Assembly: GCA_965198065.1 (NCBI GenBank)
Contig: CBDAON010000004.1
Span: 1,280,001 to 1,344,000, forward strand
From: Longimicrobiales bacterium
GTDB lineage: Bacteria > Gemmatimonadota > Gemmatimonadetes > Longimicrobiales > Gaopeijiaceae
Direction of reading: 5' to 3'
DNA: 64,000 nucleotides
The position numbers and the translations under genes are program-made. Under the pieces are notes generated by a model. It did no database searches, had not been told where the DNA came from, and worked only from the letters and a program-made list of their open reading frames with translations. This document shows positions 7,989 to 23,411 of this stretch, piece after piece (the first letter of the stretch is position 1; every line of letters starts with the position of its first letter).

Positions 7989-10255
7989 GGCCCACGGGCA
8001 CCGTGCTTCGGGCCGAGCTGCGGGGGTACCTGGACCACCCCACGGCGTATGTGCTCGTCGTCGCGTTTCTGGGGCTCGCGCTCTTCCTCTCAATCCGGCA
8101 GATGTACCTGTCGGGGCTCGCGACTCTGAGACCCCTCTTCGATTTGCTTCCCTGGCTGTTCACGGTGTTCGTGCCGGCGGTGACCATGCGATCCCTCGCC
8201 GAGGAGCGCCGCGGACGCACCCTGGAGTGGCTCCTCGCCCAGCCGCTTGGCGAGGGTGAGCTCGTCCTGGGCAAGCTCCTCGGGAACTGGCTCATGGTGC
8301 TCATCGCCCTGGCCGGAACCGTCCCCACGGCCCTGGCCCTAGCGTTCATGACGGAGGCGGATCCCGGGATCATGGTGGGTCAGTACACCGGCGCCGCGCT
8401 CCTGGCCGGTCAGCTCTCGGCCATCGGGCTGTGGGCCTCGAGCGTGACCCGAAACCAGATCACCGCGTTCATCCTCGGCGTCAGCGTGGGCCTCTTCCTC
8501 CTGCTGCTCGGCACGCCCGTTGTGACCCTCGGGCTCCCGGGTGTCCTGTCGGGTGCAGCGACTCGACTCTCCCTCCTCGGCCACTTCGCCAATGTGACCC
8601 GGGGAGTCATCGATCTCCGGGACGTGCTGTACTTCGTGTCGGCGATGGCCCTGTTCGCGTTCCTCGCGTACGTCGCGGTGGTCCGCGAGCGACTGAGCGG
8701 CGCGAGGCCGGCGTACCGGCGTCTGCGCGTCGGTGTCGTGGCGATGGCGGCAGCGGTGGTCATGCTGAACCTCGTCGGGGGCTACATCCGCGGTCGACTG
8801 GACCTGACGCGCGGAAGCGTCTACACGCTCGCGGAGGGCACTAGGCAGATCTTGGGGGAGCTGGACGACGTCGTGTCGATCCGCTTCTTCCTTTCGAGCG
8901 AGCTTCCTCCCGAGGTTCAGGTCTCGGTGCGGGACGTTCAGGATCTGCTCGCCGACATCGAGCGAGCGTCGGACGGATTCGTCCGGGTGGAGCAGGTGAA
9001 TCCGGACGACGATCCGGATACGGCCGAAGAGGCCCTGGATCTGGGCGTCAGCGACATCGACTTCAACGTGCTCCGGAACGACGAGTTCCAGGTGCGCCGC
9101 GGGTGGTTCGGCCTGGCGCTCCTGTACGCCGACCAGAGCGAGCGCATCCCGGTGATCGACCGCACGGACGATCTGGAGTTCCGGCTACTGTCGGCGATCT
9201 CCAGGATGACCACCGAGGCCAGTCCGACTGTGACGTTCCTGACCGGGTTCGGGGCGCGGGAGCCGTCGTCGTTTGTGAACTTCTACGGCATGCTCCTGGA
9301 GCGGTACGATGTCGGGGTCATCCAGCTGGAAGGGGACTCCGTTCCCGAGCGGCTCTCGCCGGATTCGACCGGCGTCATCGTGGTCGCGGCCCCGAGTCTC
9401 ACGCTCGACACGGCCGCGGTCGAGCTGGTCCGCAACTACCTGAGCGAGGGGGGAGCCGGTCTCTTCCTCCTGGACCGAAACCAGGTCCAGGGGGAGATGC
9501 TCATCGCCCAGGAAGTCACCACCGGGCTCGAGCCGGTGCTCGAGGAGCACGGAGTGCGGCTCGTGTCCGGCATCATCTACGACCTCCGGTCGAGCGAGCG
9601 GATCAACGCGGGCCAGCAGGGTGTCTTCCAGCTCGTCCAGGCCTATCCATACTGGCCCATCGTCTTCCCGGGGGACGTCCACGCGACGAACCGGGAGCTG
9701 CAGCGCATGAGCCTGGGCTGGGCCAACCCCGTGGAGATCGTGGAGGGGGCGCCGGCGGCGGCGCTCTGGATAACGACGGACGCCGCCGGGCTCCAGCCAT
9801 CCGGCACGCCGGTCGCACCTGGACCCGATGCGCAGTTCAGCGAGGATGACCTGGGAGTGCGGATCGTGGCGGCCGCGGTGGGCCCGGAGCTCGCGGCCGA
9901 GGCGGACGAAGGCGGCGCCGCACCCTCGGCGGCTTCGTCGGGGAGCCCCCCCAGTCGTATCGTGGTGGTGGGGGACGTGGACTTCCTGAACGACAGCTTC
10001 GTCGGAGCGAGCCCCCAGAACCTCTTCTTCGCCGCGAACGCGGTGGACTGGCTCGCCCAGGACGAGGCGTTGATCTCCATCCGGTCCAAGAACCGGGTGC
10101 CCCCGCCCCTCATCTTCCCCTCAGATGGCCTGCGCGCCTCCGTGCGGTGGGGGAGCCTGCTGGGGGTGCCGTTCCTGCTCGTCCTCCTCGGCCTGATCCG
10201 CGTGGGTGGCCGGCGCCGCCGCGCCGAACGCCGCTGGCGAGAGGTCCTCAAGTGA
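7985..10255 (+). CDS. Fused ABC-2 permease (GldF-like) and GldG-family accessory domain
   Basis: N-terminal multi-TM region with PAVTMRSLAEERRGRTLEWLLAQP; then RLDLTRGSVYTL and the C-terminal NLFFAANAVDWLAQDEALISIRSK typical of GldG family; ATGA overlap with the ATPase gene. Confidence 0.85.
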   Translation: MRPTGTVLRAELRGYLDHPTAYVLVVAFLGLALFLSIRQMYLSGLATLRPLFDLLPWLFTVFVPAVTMRSLAEERRGRTLEWLLAQPLGEGELVLGKLLGNWLMVLIALAGTVPTALALAFMTEADPGIMVGQYTGAALLAGQLSAIGLWASSVTRNQITAFILGVSVGLFLLLLGTPVVTLGLPGVLSGAATRLSLLGHFANVTRGVIDLRDVLYFVSAMALFAFLAYVAVVRERLSGARPAYRRLRVGVVAMAAAVVMLNLVGGYIRGRLDLTRGSVYTLAEGTRQILGELDDVVSIRFFLSSELPPEVQVSVRDVQDLLADIERASDGFVRVEQVNPDDDPDTAEEALDLGVSDIDFNVLRNDEFQVRRGWFGLALLYADQSERIPVIDRTDDLEFRLLSAISRMTTEASPTVTFLTGFGAREPSSFVNFYGMLLERYDVGVIQLEGDSVPERLSPDSTGVIVVAAPSLTLDTAAVELVRNYLSEGGAGLFLLDRNQVQGEMLIAQEVTTGLEPVLEEHGVRLVSGIIYDLRSSERINAGQQGVFQLVQAYPYWPIVFPGDVHATNRELQRMSLGWANPVEIVEGAPAAALWITTDAAGLQPSGTPVAPGPDAQFSEDDLGVRIVAAAVGPELAAEADEGGAAPSAASSGSPPSRIVVVGDVDFLNDSFVGASPQNLFFAANAVDWLAQDEALISIRSKNRVPPPLIFPSDGLRASVRWGSLLGVPFLLVLLGLIRVGGRRRRAERRWREVLK

Positions 10256-11169
10256 GCACCCGCGCCCTCCAGGTCGTGCTTGGCACGCTCGGGGGGCTCG
10301 TCCTCGTCTACGGGCTCATGCTCCTGGCGGGGTCCATGGAGGCGCCGGCGTCCGAAGCCGAGACCGCGCTCGCCGGGGCCCTCGCGGCCGTCGGCCGGGA
10401 CAGCGTCGAGGTCATCGAGATCGTGGGGGGCGAGGAGCTGGTCACGATCCGTCGGGCGCCGGAGGGTTGGACGGTAAGCGGCTTCCCCGCGGACACGCTC
10501 GCCATCTGGAGGGTCCTCGACGCGCTCGCGGTCGGCTCGATCGGCTCCCTCATCTCGTCCAACCCCGAGAACCACGACCGCCTGGGTGTGATCGGTGAGG
10601 CTGCCCTCCAGCTCAGCGTCACGAGGACGGGCGGGGCGGACGTGACGCTCACGGTCGGGGATGCCGGTCCTGGGACGTCGTCCACCTACGTGCGCCTTCC
10701 CGACTCAAACGACGTGTTCCTCCTTCGGACGGGGCTTCGGACCGCGGCGGCGCGGGGCGGCGTGGGCTCGTGGCGCGACCGCACGGTGGCGCGCGTGGAC
10801 ACCGCCGCAGTGGCGAGGCTCGCAGTCGAGCGGGAGGGAGCGTTGACGGAGATGGTACGGGCCGACAGCGTCTGGACCGTCGACGGGGCGCCGGCCGTCG
10901 CGCTTCCGGTGCGCGATCTCCTCGGCGGGCTCTCGAGCCTGATCGCCATCGGCTTCGCGCCCGACTCGGTGACGCTCGACACGGTGACGCGGAGAGTCGT
11001 GGCGATCGGGGCCGAGGGCGACACGCTGGCGGCCATCGAGATGGGGGAGGGTTCCACGGGCGGGCAGATCCCCACCCGAACGCCGGGTGTGGACGGGATC
11101 CTCGAGCTCACGCAGTTCCAGGCCGATCGGATCACCCCGACCAGGGAACGGGTGACGGGGGAGAGCTAG
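10252..11169 (+). CDS. DUF4340-like membrane-anchored protein
   Basis: GTGA overlap with the upstream gene, N-terminal TM, TYVRLPDSNDVFL...WRDRTV pattern; usual position after Gld-type ABC genes. Confidence 0.7.
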   Translation: MSTRALQVVLGTLGGLVLVYGLMLLAGSMEAPASEAETALAGALAAVGRDSVEVIEIVGGEELVTIRRAPEGWTVSGFPADTLAIWRVLDALAVGSIGSLISSNPENHDRLGVIGEAALQLSVTRTGGADVTLTVGDAGPGTSSTYVRLPDSNDVFLLRTGLRTAAARGGVGSWRDRTVARVDTAAVARLAVEREGALTEMVRADSVWTVDGAPAVALPVRDLLGGLSSLIAIGFAPDSVTLDTVTRRVVAIGAEGDTLAAIEMGEGSTGGQIPTRTPGVDGILELTQFQADRITPTRERVTGES

Positions 11170-11214
11170 GGATGCTCTCTGCGCTGAACCGCGCCGGCCC
11201 AGTGATCTCCTAGC

Positions 11215-12655
11215 TCAGGGCACCGGCGCCGGAAGCGCGGACTCACTCATCAGGAACTCGTCCACGCCTCGAGCTGCGGAGCGACCCTCGGCGATCGCCC
11301 AAACGATCAGGGACTGCCCGCGCTGCATGTCGCCGCAAACGAATACCGCGGGCACGCTCGTCATCCAGCGCTCGTCCCGCCACACGTTGCCCCGCTCAGT
11401 GAGCCTGACGCCCAGATCGGTGAGGAGCCCCGGGCGCTCGGGCCCCACAAACCCCATGGCGAGGAGAACCAGGTCGGTGTCCAGGACGAGCTCACCGCCC
11501 GGGATCGGCTCGAACGAAACGCGCCCTCCCTCGATCACTCTCTGCACCTCGACGGCCTCGAGCGCTCTCACGCGCCCCTTCTCATCGCCGACGAAGCGCT
11601 GGGTCGAGACGGAGTAGACTCGATCGCCTCCCTCCTCGTGCGCCGGGGAGGTCCGGAAGACGTTCGGCCACTCGGGCCACGGGTTGTCGGCGGCACGCTC
11701 CTCGGGCGGCCGTGGGAGGAGCTCCAGTTGGTGAACCGAAAGGGCTCCCTGACGGTGGGCGGTGCCCAGGCAGTCGGCGCCGGTGTCTCCCCCGCCGATG
11801 ATCACCACGTGCCGGCCCTCGGCGCTGACGAACTCCGCGTTGGGTATGACGTCGCCCTCGCACCGGCGGTTCTGGAGCTTCAAGTACTCCATCGCGAAGT
11901 GAATTCCGTCGAGCTCCCGGCTGGGAGTCTTCAGGTCGCGGGGCTCTAATGCTCCCCCCGCCAGGACGATCGCGTCGAAGCCGTCCTGAAGCTCGCGCAC
12001 GGGCACGTCTCCCCCGACATCCGCGTTGGCGCGGAACACCACTCCGTCCTCCTCCATGAGCGCGAGCCGGCGATCGAGCACGCGCTTCTCCATCTTGAAC
12101 TCGGGGATGCCATAGCGAAGCAGGCCGCCGATGCGGTCGTCGCGCTCGAAGACGGTGACGAGGTGGCCCGACCGGTTCAGCTGCTCGGCGGCGGCCAGAC
12201 CGGCCGGTCCCGAGCCGACGACCGCGACCCTCTTGCCTGTGCGTTCCCCGGGCGGCTGGGCGCTGACCCAGCCCTCCTCGAAGGCGCGGTCGATGACGGA
12301 GATTTCCACCGCCTTGATCGTGACCGGATCGTCGTTGATCCCGAGCACGCACGACCCCTCGCAGGGAGCCGGACAGAGGGTCCCCGTGAACTCGGGGAAG
12401 TTGTTCGTCGCGTGAAGCCGCTCGATCGCTTCCTTCCAGTGATCCCGGTAGACGAGGTCGTTCCAGTCCGGGATCAGGTTCCCGAGTGGGCAGCCCTCGT
12501 GGCAGAACGGGATGCCGCAGTCCATGCAGCGCGCCGCCTGCTTCTTGAGCTCCGGCTCCGGATAGGGTAGATAGGCTTCCTTCCAGTCGCGGATGCGCTC
12601 GGCGACCGGCCGGGTAGGCCACTTCCTGTACTTGATCTCTATGAAGCCGGTGACC

Positions 12656-12663
<8 letters not shown>
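11215..12663 (-). CDS. gltD: Glutamate synthase small subunit
   Basis: MGKVTGF start, [11 protein letters not shown]e-S motif, GSGPAG and GGGDTG dinucleotide motifs, [14 protein letters not shown]. Confidence 0.96.
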
Positions 12664-17236
<4,573 letters not shown>

Positions 17237-17414
17237 CTCCCCTCCATTCTCACTCGATCGGGCCTCGCCGCGTGCGGACATCGACGGTCCCCTCGATGTC
17301 GCCACGGGGTCCCTCGTTCAAAGGGCCATAGAGGCCCCGGCCTCCGTAAAGCGGGACGAGGCCATTCGGGTACCCCTCTGTCGTTAAGAGCGCCGGACTT
17401 CGGCCCGAGCTTCG

Positions 17415-18332
17415 CTAGGCGGCCGGTGCGGTCATCCGACTCCCCTCTTCGGGGAGGTCGTGGTCCCTCAGGTAATGCACGAATGCGTCCACGACGGGCG
17501 GAAGCGCACGGTCCCGCCGGTGCACGATCGCGAGCGGCCGGATCAGGGTGGGCTGCAGATCCGCGGTGGCGAGCACGCCCCGCGCGACCTCGACCCGGAC
17601 AGTCCGCCGTGGAAGGATCCCGACGCCGTCCGTCTCCGAAACGGCGGCCTTGATCGTGTCGATGTTGTCGAAAGAGCTCTCCACGGTGGGCTGCACACCG
17701 TGACGCCTCAAGTACGATCGAATCTCCCGTGAAATGCGAAGGCTTGCGTCGAAGCCGATGAGCCGCTCGTCGGCGAGGTCCGCGGGACGGTGCCGCGTCC
17801 GGCCGTGCAGCCGATGCCCCACACGAAAGACCGCCACCATCCGCTCGTCCCGGAGCGGGATGTGGGCCAGGTCGGGCCAGCGGTCGGGATACGACAGAAT
17901 GCCGAAGTCGCTCTTCCCCTGACGCACGGACTCCTGGACGCCCTGCGGCTGGAGATACTGGATCTGGATCTTCACCTCGGGATTCAGCTCCTGGAACCCT
18001 TCGCGGATCTCGTTCAGGTGCGCGACGTCGGCTGAGTAGATCGACGCGACGTTCACGGTGCCGCGGAACGGCCCGACGCTCCCCACCACCTCCCGCTGGA
18101 GACGGTCGTAGCGGTCCAGGATCTCGCGGCAGCCCTCGTAATAGACCTTCCCCACGTGCGTGAGACCGCAGGGCCGCGTGGAGCGGTCGATGAGCTCCAC
18201 CCCGAGATCGTCCTCCAGGCCGCGGATCCTCTGGGACGCCGCAGATTGGGTGATCCCGTGCAGCTCCGCCCCCTTCGAGAAGTTCCCGTTCTGGGCGACG
18301 TCACAAAACAGCTTGATCGTGGCCAGGGACAT
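17415..18332 (-). CDS. LysR-family transcriptional regulator upstream of gltBD
   Basis: NFSKGAELHGITQSAASQRIRGLEDDLGVELIDRS HTH plus a substrate-binding domain. Confidence 0.92.
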   Translation of the reverse strand: MSLATIKLFCDVAQNGNFSKGAELHGITQSAASQRIRGLEDDLGVELIDRSTRPCGLTHVGKVYYEGCREILDRYDRLQREVVGSVGPFRGTVNVASIYSADVAHLNEIREGFQELNPEVKIQIQYLQPQGVQESVRQGKSDFGILSYPDRWPDLAHIPLRDERMVAVFRVGHRLHGRTRHRPADLADERLIGFDASLRISREIRSYLRRHGVQPTVESSFDNIDTIKAAVSETDGVGILPRRTVRVEVARGVLATADLQPTLIRPLAIVHRRDRALPPVVDAFVHYLRDHDLPEEGSRMTAPAA

Positions 18333-18340
18333 GGGGGCCA

Positions 18341-18400
18341 ATACTAAGATGATTTTTTGTAATGTCAATCCTGTTGACAAGTATTCAGTCTAATACTTGA
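18341..18400. promoter_or_regulatory. AT-rich control region with back-to-back TTGACA hexamers and an 8-bp inverted repeat
   Basis: Minus strand TTGACA-N16-TAGTAT, 8 nt before the lysR ATG; plus strand TGTCAA-N5-TTGACA and CAAGTATT-cagtct-AATACTTG. Confidence 0.6.
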
Positions 18401-18582
18401 CTTCCGAAGGTGCTCCCTCAGGACGGGGGCGCCACGGGCCCTCCGGACCGTTGCCGCGATCCTCCGTTTTTCGTTATTTTTCAAGGGTTATCGAGGGTTT
18501 CTCACTCTCGCAGGACTGATCGTCCCCGACCCGGCCACGGGGATCCCCGCGGGGGCCCACTTTATCCAATCGAGCTGACTTC

Positions 18583-21051
18583 ATGGAATCGGAAAACGGG
18601 CAGAAGATCCTTTCCCGCCTGCTCGAAGACGAGATGCGGGAGTCGTTCATCGACTATTCGATGAGCGTGATCGTCCAGCGCGCCCTGCCCGACGTCCGGG
18701 ACGGCCTCAAGCCCGTGCACCGGCGCATCCTCTACGCGATGAACGGGCTCGGGCTCACTCCCGGACGGGCGTACAAGAAGAGCGCGACCGTGGTCGGAGA
18801 GGTCCTCGGCAAATTCCACCCGCATGGGGACGCCGCCGTCTACGACTCCATGGTCCGCATGGTCCAGGGCTTCTCGCTCCGCTATCCGCTCGTGGACGGG
18901 CAGGGGAATTTCGGCTCGATCGACGGGGACTCGGCAGCCGCTTACCGGTACACGGAGGCCCGGCTCACCTCGATTGCCGTCGAGTCGCTTGAGGACATTG
19001 ACAAGGAGACGGTCTCATTCGTCCCGAACTTCGACGGACGGATCGACGAGCCCACGGTGCTCCCGTCCAAGTTCCCGAACCTGCTGGTGAACGGGTCCTC
19101 CGGGATCGCGGTCGGGATGGCGACGAACATCCCACCCCACAACTTGCGTGAGGTCGCGGCCGCGCTCACGGCACTGATCGACGATCGGGAGCTCGCTCAG
19201 GAGAGGCTCGAGGCGCTGGTCCTGGGGCCGGACTTCCCCACGGGCGGGTTCATCTGCGGGTGGTCCGGGATCCGGGATGCGTACCGCACCGGGCGGGGGC
19301 GGATCGTGATGCGGGCGAAGGTCGAGGAGGAGGAAACGGCGAACGGCGCGCCGCGCATCGTCGTGCGTGAGATCCCGTTCATGGTGAACAAGGCGCGACT
19401 GCTCGAGCAGATCGCCCAGCTCGCCCGGGACAGGAAGGTACCCGAGATCTCGGCCTTGAGGGACGAGTCCGATCGAGACGGGATGCGGATCGTCGTCGAG
19501 CTGAAGAGGGATGCGATTACCCAGGTGGTGCTGAACCAGCTCTACAAGCACACGCAGATGCAGTCCACGTTCGGCACGATCCTCCTCGCTCTCGTGGACG
19601 GCGTGCCCCGCGTGATGTCGCTCCGGGAGATGCTCCTCCACTTCATCGACCACCGGCACGAGGTGGTCGTGCGGCGGAGCGAGTTCGATCTCCGGCAGGC
19701 ACGGGAGCGGGAGCACATCCTGGAAGGGCTCAAGGTCGCCGTCGACGACATCGACGAGGTGATCAAGATCATCCGGGGCTCGAAGGACACACCCACGGCC
19801 GCGGCGGCGCTGCAGGAGTCGTTCTCCCTCTCGGATCGGCAGGCGGACGCGATCCTGAATATGCGGCTCGCCCGGCTCACGGGGCTCGAGATGGAGAAGC
19901 TCAATGAGGAGCTCGCACAGGTGCGGACCGCCATCGCCGAGCTGGAGAAGCTCCTCGGGGACCGCTCGCTCCGCATGACGGTCATCAAGGACGAGCTCGG
20001 GGAGCTGGCCCGGAAGTACGGAGACGATCGCCGGACGAACGTCCTAGAGCACGAGTTCGACCTCCAGATGGAGGATCTGATCGCGGACGAGGAGATGGTC
20101 ATCACGGTGAGCCATCAGGGCTACGTGAAACGGATCCCGATCGCGACCTATCGCTCCCAGCGCCGCGGGGGCCGGGGGCTCCGGGGGATGGAGACGAAGG
20201 AGGAGGACTGGGTCGAGCACCTTTTCGTCGCGGCCACGCACGACGTCCTCATGATCTTCACGCGGGACGGGCAGTGCCACTGGCTCAAGGTGTGGCAGAT
20301 CCCGCAAGGAAGCCGGCAGGCCAAGGGGAAGCCCGTAGTGAACCTCCTGAGCATCGCCTCCGAATCGCGGATTGCCTCGGTCGTGCCCGTGCGGGAGTTC
20401 AGAGAGGACCGCTACCTCCTCTTCTGCACCCGACGGGGCGTTGTGAAAAAGACCGCGCTGTCGGCCTATGGGAACGTGCGCTCCGTGGGGCTCAACGCGA
20501 TCAACGTGCGGGCGGGGGACGAGCTGATCGACGTTCAGATCACCGGGGGTGACGACGAAGTGATCCTCGCGACCAGCGCGGGGACGGCCATTCGCTTCTC
20601 CGAGGCGGACTGCCGCCCCCTAGGTCGGGCCACCGAGGGCGTGAAGGGGATCACGCTCAGGAAGGCCGACGAGGTCGTCGGCATGGTCGTCGTGCGACCG
20701 GGCTCGACCCTCCTCGTGGTTACCGAGGGAGGGATGGGAAAGCGTACGGAAGTGGATGCCTACCGGCTCCAGAAGCGGGGCGGGATGGGCGTCATCAACA
20801 TGAAGCTATCGAAGCGCACGGGTCGGGTCGTCACCATCAAGTCCGTCGTGCCGGGCGAGGAGCTCATGCTGATCACGCGAAACGGGGTCGTGAATCGGCA
20901 GGGAGCGGACGCGATCCGCTTGATCGGGCGGGCCACGCAAGGCGTGAGACTCGTCAGCCTGGACGAGGGGGACGCGATCATGGACGTCGCGCGGATCGTC
21001 CAGGAGAACGGTGAGGAGGAGCCGGCAGCCGGTGAGGGAGGGGAGGGGTAG
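18583..21051 (+). CDS. gyrA: DNA gyrase subunit A
   Basis: [26 protein letters not shown] active-site Tyr, GyrA-box QRRGGRG. Confidence 0.97.
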   Translation: MESENGQKILSRLLEDEMRESFIDYSMSVIVQRALPDVRDGLKPVHRRILYAMNGLGLTPGRAYKKSATVVGEVLGKFHPHGDAAVYDSMVRMVQGFSLRYPLVDGQGNFGSIDGDSAAAYRYTEARLTSIAVESLEDIDKETVSFVPNFDGRIDEPTVLPSKFPNLLVNGSSGIAVGMATNIPPHNLREVAAALTALIDDRELAQERLEALVLGPDFPTGGFICGWSGIRDAYRTGRGRIVMRAKVEEEETANGAPRIVVREIPFMVNKARLLEQIAQLARDRKVPEISALRDESDRDGMRIVVELKRDAITQVVLNQLYKHTQMQSTFGTILLALVDGVPRVMSLREMLLHFIDHRHEVVVRRSEFDLRQAREREHILEGLKVAVDDIDEVIKIIRGSKDTPTAAAALQESFSLSDRQADAILNMRLARLTGLEMEKLNEELAQVRTAIAELEKLLGDRSLRMTVIKDELGELARKYGDDRRTNVLEHEFDLQMEDLIADEEMVITVSHQGYVKRIPIATYRSQRRGGRGLRGMETKEEDWVEHLFVAATHDVLMIFTRDGQCHWLKVWQIPQGSRQAKGKPVVNLLSIASESRIASVVPVREFREDRYLLFCTRRGVVKKTALSAYGNVRSVGLNAINVRAGDELIDVQITGGDDEVILATSAGTAIRFSEADCRPLGRATEGVKGITLRKADEVVGMVVVRPGSTLLVVTEGGMGKRTEVDAYRLQKRGGMGVINMKLSKRTGRVVTIKSVVPGEELMLITRNGVVNRQGADAIRLIGRATQGVRLVSLDEGDAIMDVARIVQENGEEEPAAGEGGEG

Positions 21052-21059
21052 GGCTGCTC

Positions 21060-21739
21060 GTGAAACGGCTTGTCCTCTTCGACATCGACGGGACGCTCCT
21101 AACCGGAGGGCCCGCGAAGGAAGCGTTCCACCTGGCGCTCCTGGAGGTGTTCGGGACGGCGGGGCCGATCGACAAGTGGGACTTCTCCGGAAAGACGGAT
21201 CCGCAGATCGCGCGTGAGCTCCTCACCGAGGCCGGTCTCGAGTGCCACCGGATCGACTCTGGGCTTCTCAGCCTGTGGTCCCAATATGTGTATGAGCTCG
21301 AGACGCGCCTTCCCAGCCTGCCGCCCAGGGCGCACCCTGGCGTGGTGGCCCTCCTCTCGCACCTCGGCGAGGTTGAGGAGACACCGCTCGGCCTCCTGAC
21401 CGGGAACGTTCGAGAGGGTGCCCGGCTCAAGCTGACGGCGGCGGGACTTCACTCCTGGTTCGCGGTCGGCGCGTACGGATCGGATCACGAGAGCCGGAAC
21501 GAGCTTCCGCCCATTGCCCTCCGGAGGGCCCGGGACCACTGGGGCATCGAGTTCCCGGCGGCGAGCATGGTCGTGATCGGGGACACGCCCAGGGACGTAG
21601 CGTGCGGCCGGCTGGCGCGCGAACGATCGCGGTTGCCACCGGGCGGTTCGACACAGAGGTTCTGGAGAGGGCGGGTCCCGACCATGTGCTTCCCGACTTC
21701 CGTGACACGGGCCGCGTGCTCGAGGCGATTGTGAACTAG
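21060..21739 (+). CDS. HAD-superfamily hydrolase (1-nt frameshift near 21615, probably a sequencing error)
   Basis: LFDIDGTLL motif I and IGDTPRDV motif IV; the expected C-terminus ARTIAVATGRFDTEVLERAGPDHVLPDF continues in another frame to TAG 21739. Confidence 0.85.
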
Positions 21740-21816
21740 CGGTTCTGAGTCCGCCGTTCCGCCGGCGGGACTCCCGGTGCCCTAGCGGTTCGAGAAGCCC
21801 AACAGGAGTGCGGAGC

Positions 21817-22590
21817 GTGACCAAGAGAGCAGAACGACGGAGAGAGCAACGGAGAGAGACGTCGGAGACCCCGATGAGCCGGGCCCCATGGATCGTGGGC
21901 GGCGTGGTTGTGGCCGGGGTCCTCATCGTCGCCTGGAATCTGGTGTCCTCGATCCTGGACGACACTGTCCGGGCTCCGGTCCCGGTGGCGTACGGGAGCC
22001 CGCAGGAGCTTCTCGAGCTGGCTCAGGGAGTCGAGGCAGGGAACCCGGACGCCGCCGTCACGATCTTTGAGTTCGGCGATTACCAGTGCCCGAGCTGCCG
22101 GAACTTCTTTCAGATGACGAAGCCTTTCCTGGACCTGACGTACATCGAGGAGAACCAGATCCGGTTCGTCTTCCACGACTTTCCGCTCCTCGATGCCCAC
22201 CCGAACGCCTTCCTCGCTGCGCGCGCGGCTCGTTGCGCCGGGGATCAGGGCGCGTACTGGAACTTCCACGACCGGCTTTTCCAGATGCAGAACGAGTGGG
22301 CGTTGATGGCGGATCCAAGCGGCGAGTTCGAGGGATACGCGGAGGAGATCGGCCTTGACGGCGGCGGGTTCCGGTCGTGTCTGGCGGGTGATCGGCACGC
22401 CGACGTGGTTAGCGCGAACATGCAGCTCGGAGTCGAGCTCGGGGTGCAGGGAACTCCCACGGTCATGATCGACAGCGGAGAGGGCCGCGCGATCACGCTC
22501 TCGGACTGGTCGATCGAGAGCATTCGGGCCGTCGTGGACGAAGCGCTCGGCCCTGAGGTGCCCGCTGAGCCGGAGGCGCCCACGCCGTGA
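21817..22590 (+). CDS. Membrane-anchored DsbA/thioredoxin-like oxidoreductase
   Basis: TM helix, FGDYQCPSC (CxxC), GVQGTPT cis-Pro motif. Confidence 0.9.
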   Translation: MTKRAERRREQRRETSETPMSRAPWIVGGVVVAGVLIVAWNLVSSILDDTVRAPVPVAYGSPQELLELAQGVEAGNPDAAVTIFEFGDYQCPSCRNFFQMTKPFLDLTYIEENQIRFVFHDFPLLDAHPNAFLAARAARCAGDQGAYWNFHDRLFQMQNEWALMADPSGEFEGYAEEIGLDGGGFRSCLAGDRHADVVSANMQLGVELGVQGTPTVMIDSGEGRAITLSDWSIESIRAVVDEALGPEVPAEPEAPTP

Positions 22591-22784
22591 CGGGCGGCAC
22601 GGTCGGCGTTCGGCTCCTCCTCGTGGACGACGGTGAGTATCGGACCGTAGAGATCCAGGTTCCGGCGGCGGCGTTGGACCGTTATGAGCGTCTGATCGAT
22701 CTCCTCCAGGAGGAGCCGGAGGTGCTGAAGACGACGTACATCGACTTCGGGCGTCTCTGCACGGCCCAGTTGGTGGAGGGATAG
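22587..22784 (+). CDS. Small hypothetical protein (65 aa)
   Basis: GTGA overlap with the dsbA-like gene, globular composition, coding-like codon use. Confidence 0.65.
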   Translation: MTGGTVGVRLLLVDDGEYRTVEIQVPAAALDRYERLIDLLQEEPEVLKTTYIDFGRLCTAQLVEG

Positions 22785-22821
22785 CGGGTCGGCGAGGAGG
22801 GGGTGGCGTCCGGGTGGTACG

Positions 22822-23394
22822 TCACGCACTCACCGCTCCGAGGGCACGCTCCCGGGTCCACTCGCCGACCACCGGAGGGGGCCACCGGCCAGCCCGCGCC
22901 TCCTCGATCAGTCTTCGAGCCTCGTCCCTCCCACACGATGCCAGCGCCGGATCCACCCACCCCCGGTGCTCGGCGTAAATCAGCTCGTCCTCGTCCAGGA
23001 GGAGCGGCCTCGACGCGACTCCGGCCGTCCACTCCTCGCCGGGCAGCCATAGGTCCAAGAAGAGGTCCGTCGTGTGCCACACGCCGCCCGGCTCGAAGAC
23101 GCAGGGGACGAGCACGTTGGCGTAGATCCCCGTGAACGTGCCGTCCGCGAGGTGAAACCTTCCGATGTCGTGCCAGGCTCCGGGAAAGGTGAACCAGACG
23201 GCGTCCGAGCCCGACTCCAGGATGATCTGGTCGCCCACGCGCAGCGGCCGATCCAGACGCACGGCGCGGGCGAAGGTCACCTTCACGTCGCCCGGGTCGT
23301 AGACCAGATCCTGGACATACACGTCCGTCCGGTTCGGCGGACGCAAGTAATGGATTTGCACGGTCGGAGGGCCCCCGCCGGGAAGGCTGGGCAT
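22822..23394 (-). CDS. DUF402-like protein
   Basis: AVWFTFPGAWHDIGRFHLADGTFTGIYAN, TDLFLDLW, LLDEDEL; only the C-terminal part of the 502-aa ORF looks protein-like. Confidence 0.75.
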   Translation of the reverse strand: MPSLPGGGPPTVQIHYLRPPNRTDVYVQDLVYDPGDVKVTFARAVRLDRPLRVGDQIILESGSDAVWFTFPGAWHDIGRFHLADGTFTGIYANVLVPCVFEPGGVWHTTDLFLDLWLPGEEWTAGVASRPLLLDEDELIYAEHRGWVDPALASCGRDEARRLIEEARAGRWPPPVVGEWTRERALGAVSA

Positions 23395-23411
23395 CGTCCG
23401 GACCCCTGTTC

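Noticed and set aside
21600..21739. Programmed ribosomal frameshifting in the HAD, M14, REC or virB9 genes
   Set aside because: No slippery heptamers were seen; the indels are scattered at short homopolymers, better explained by sequencing error.
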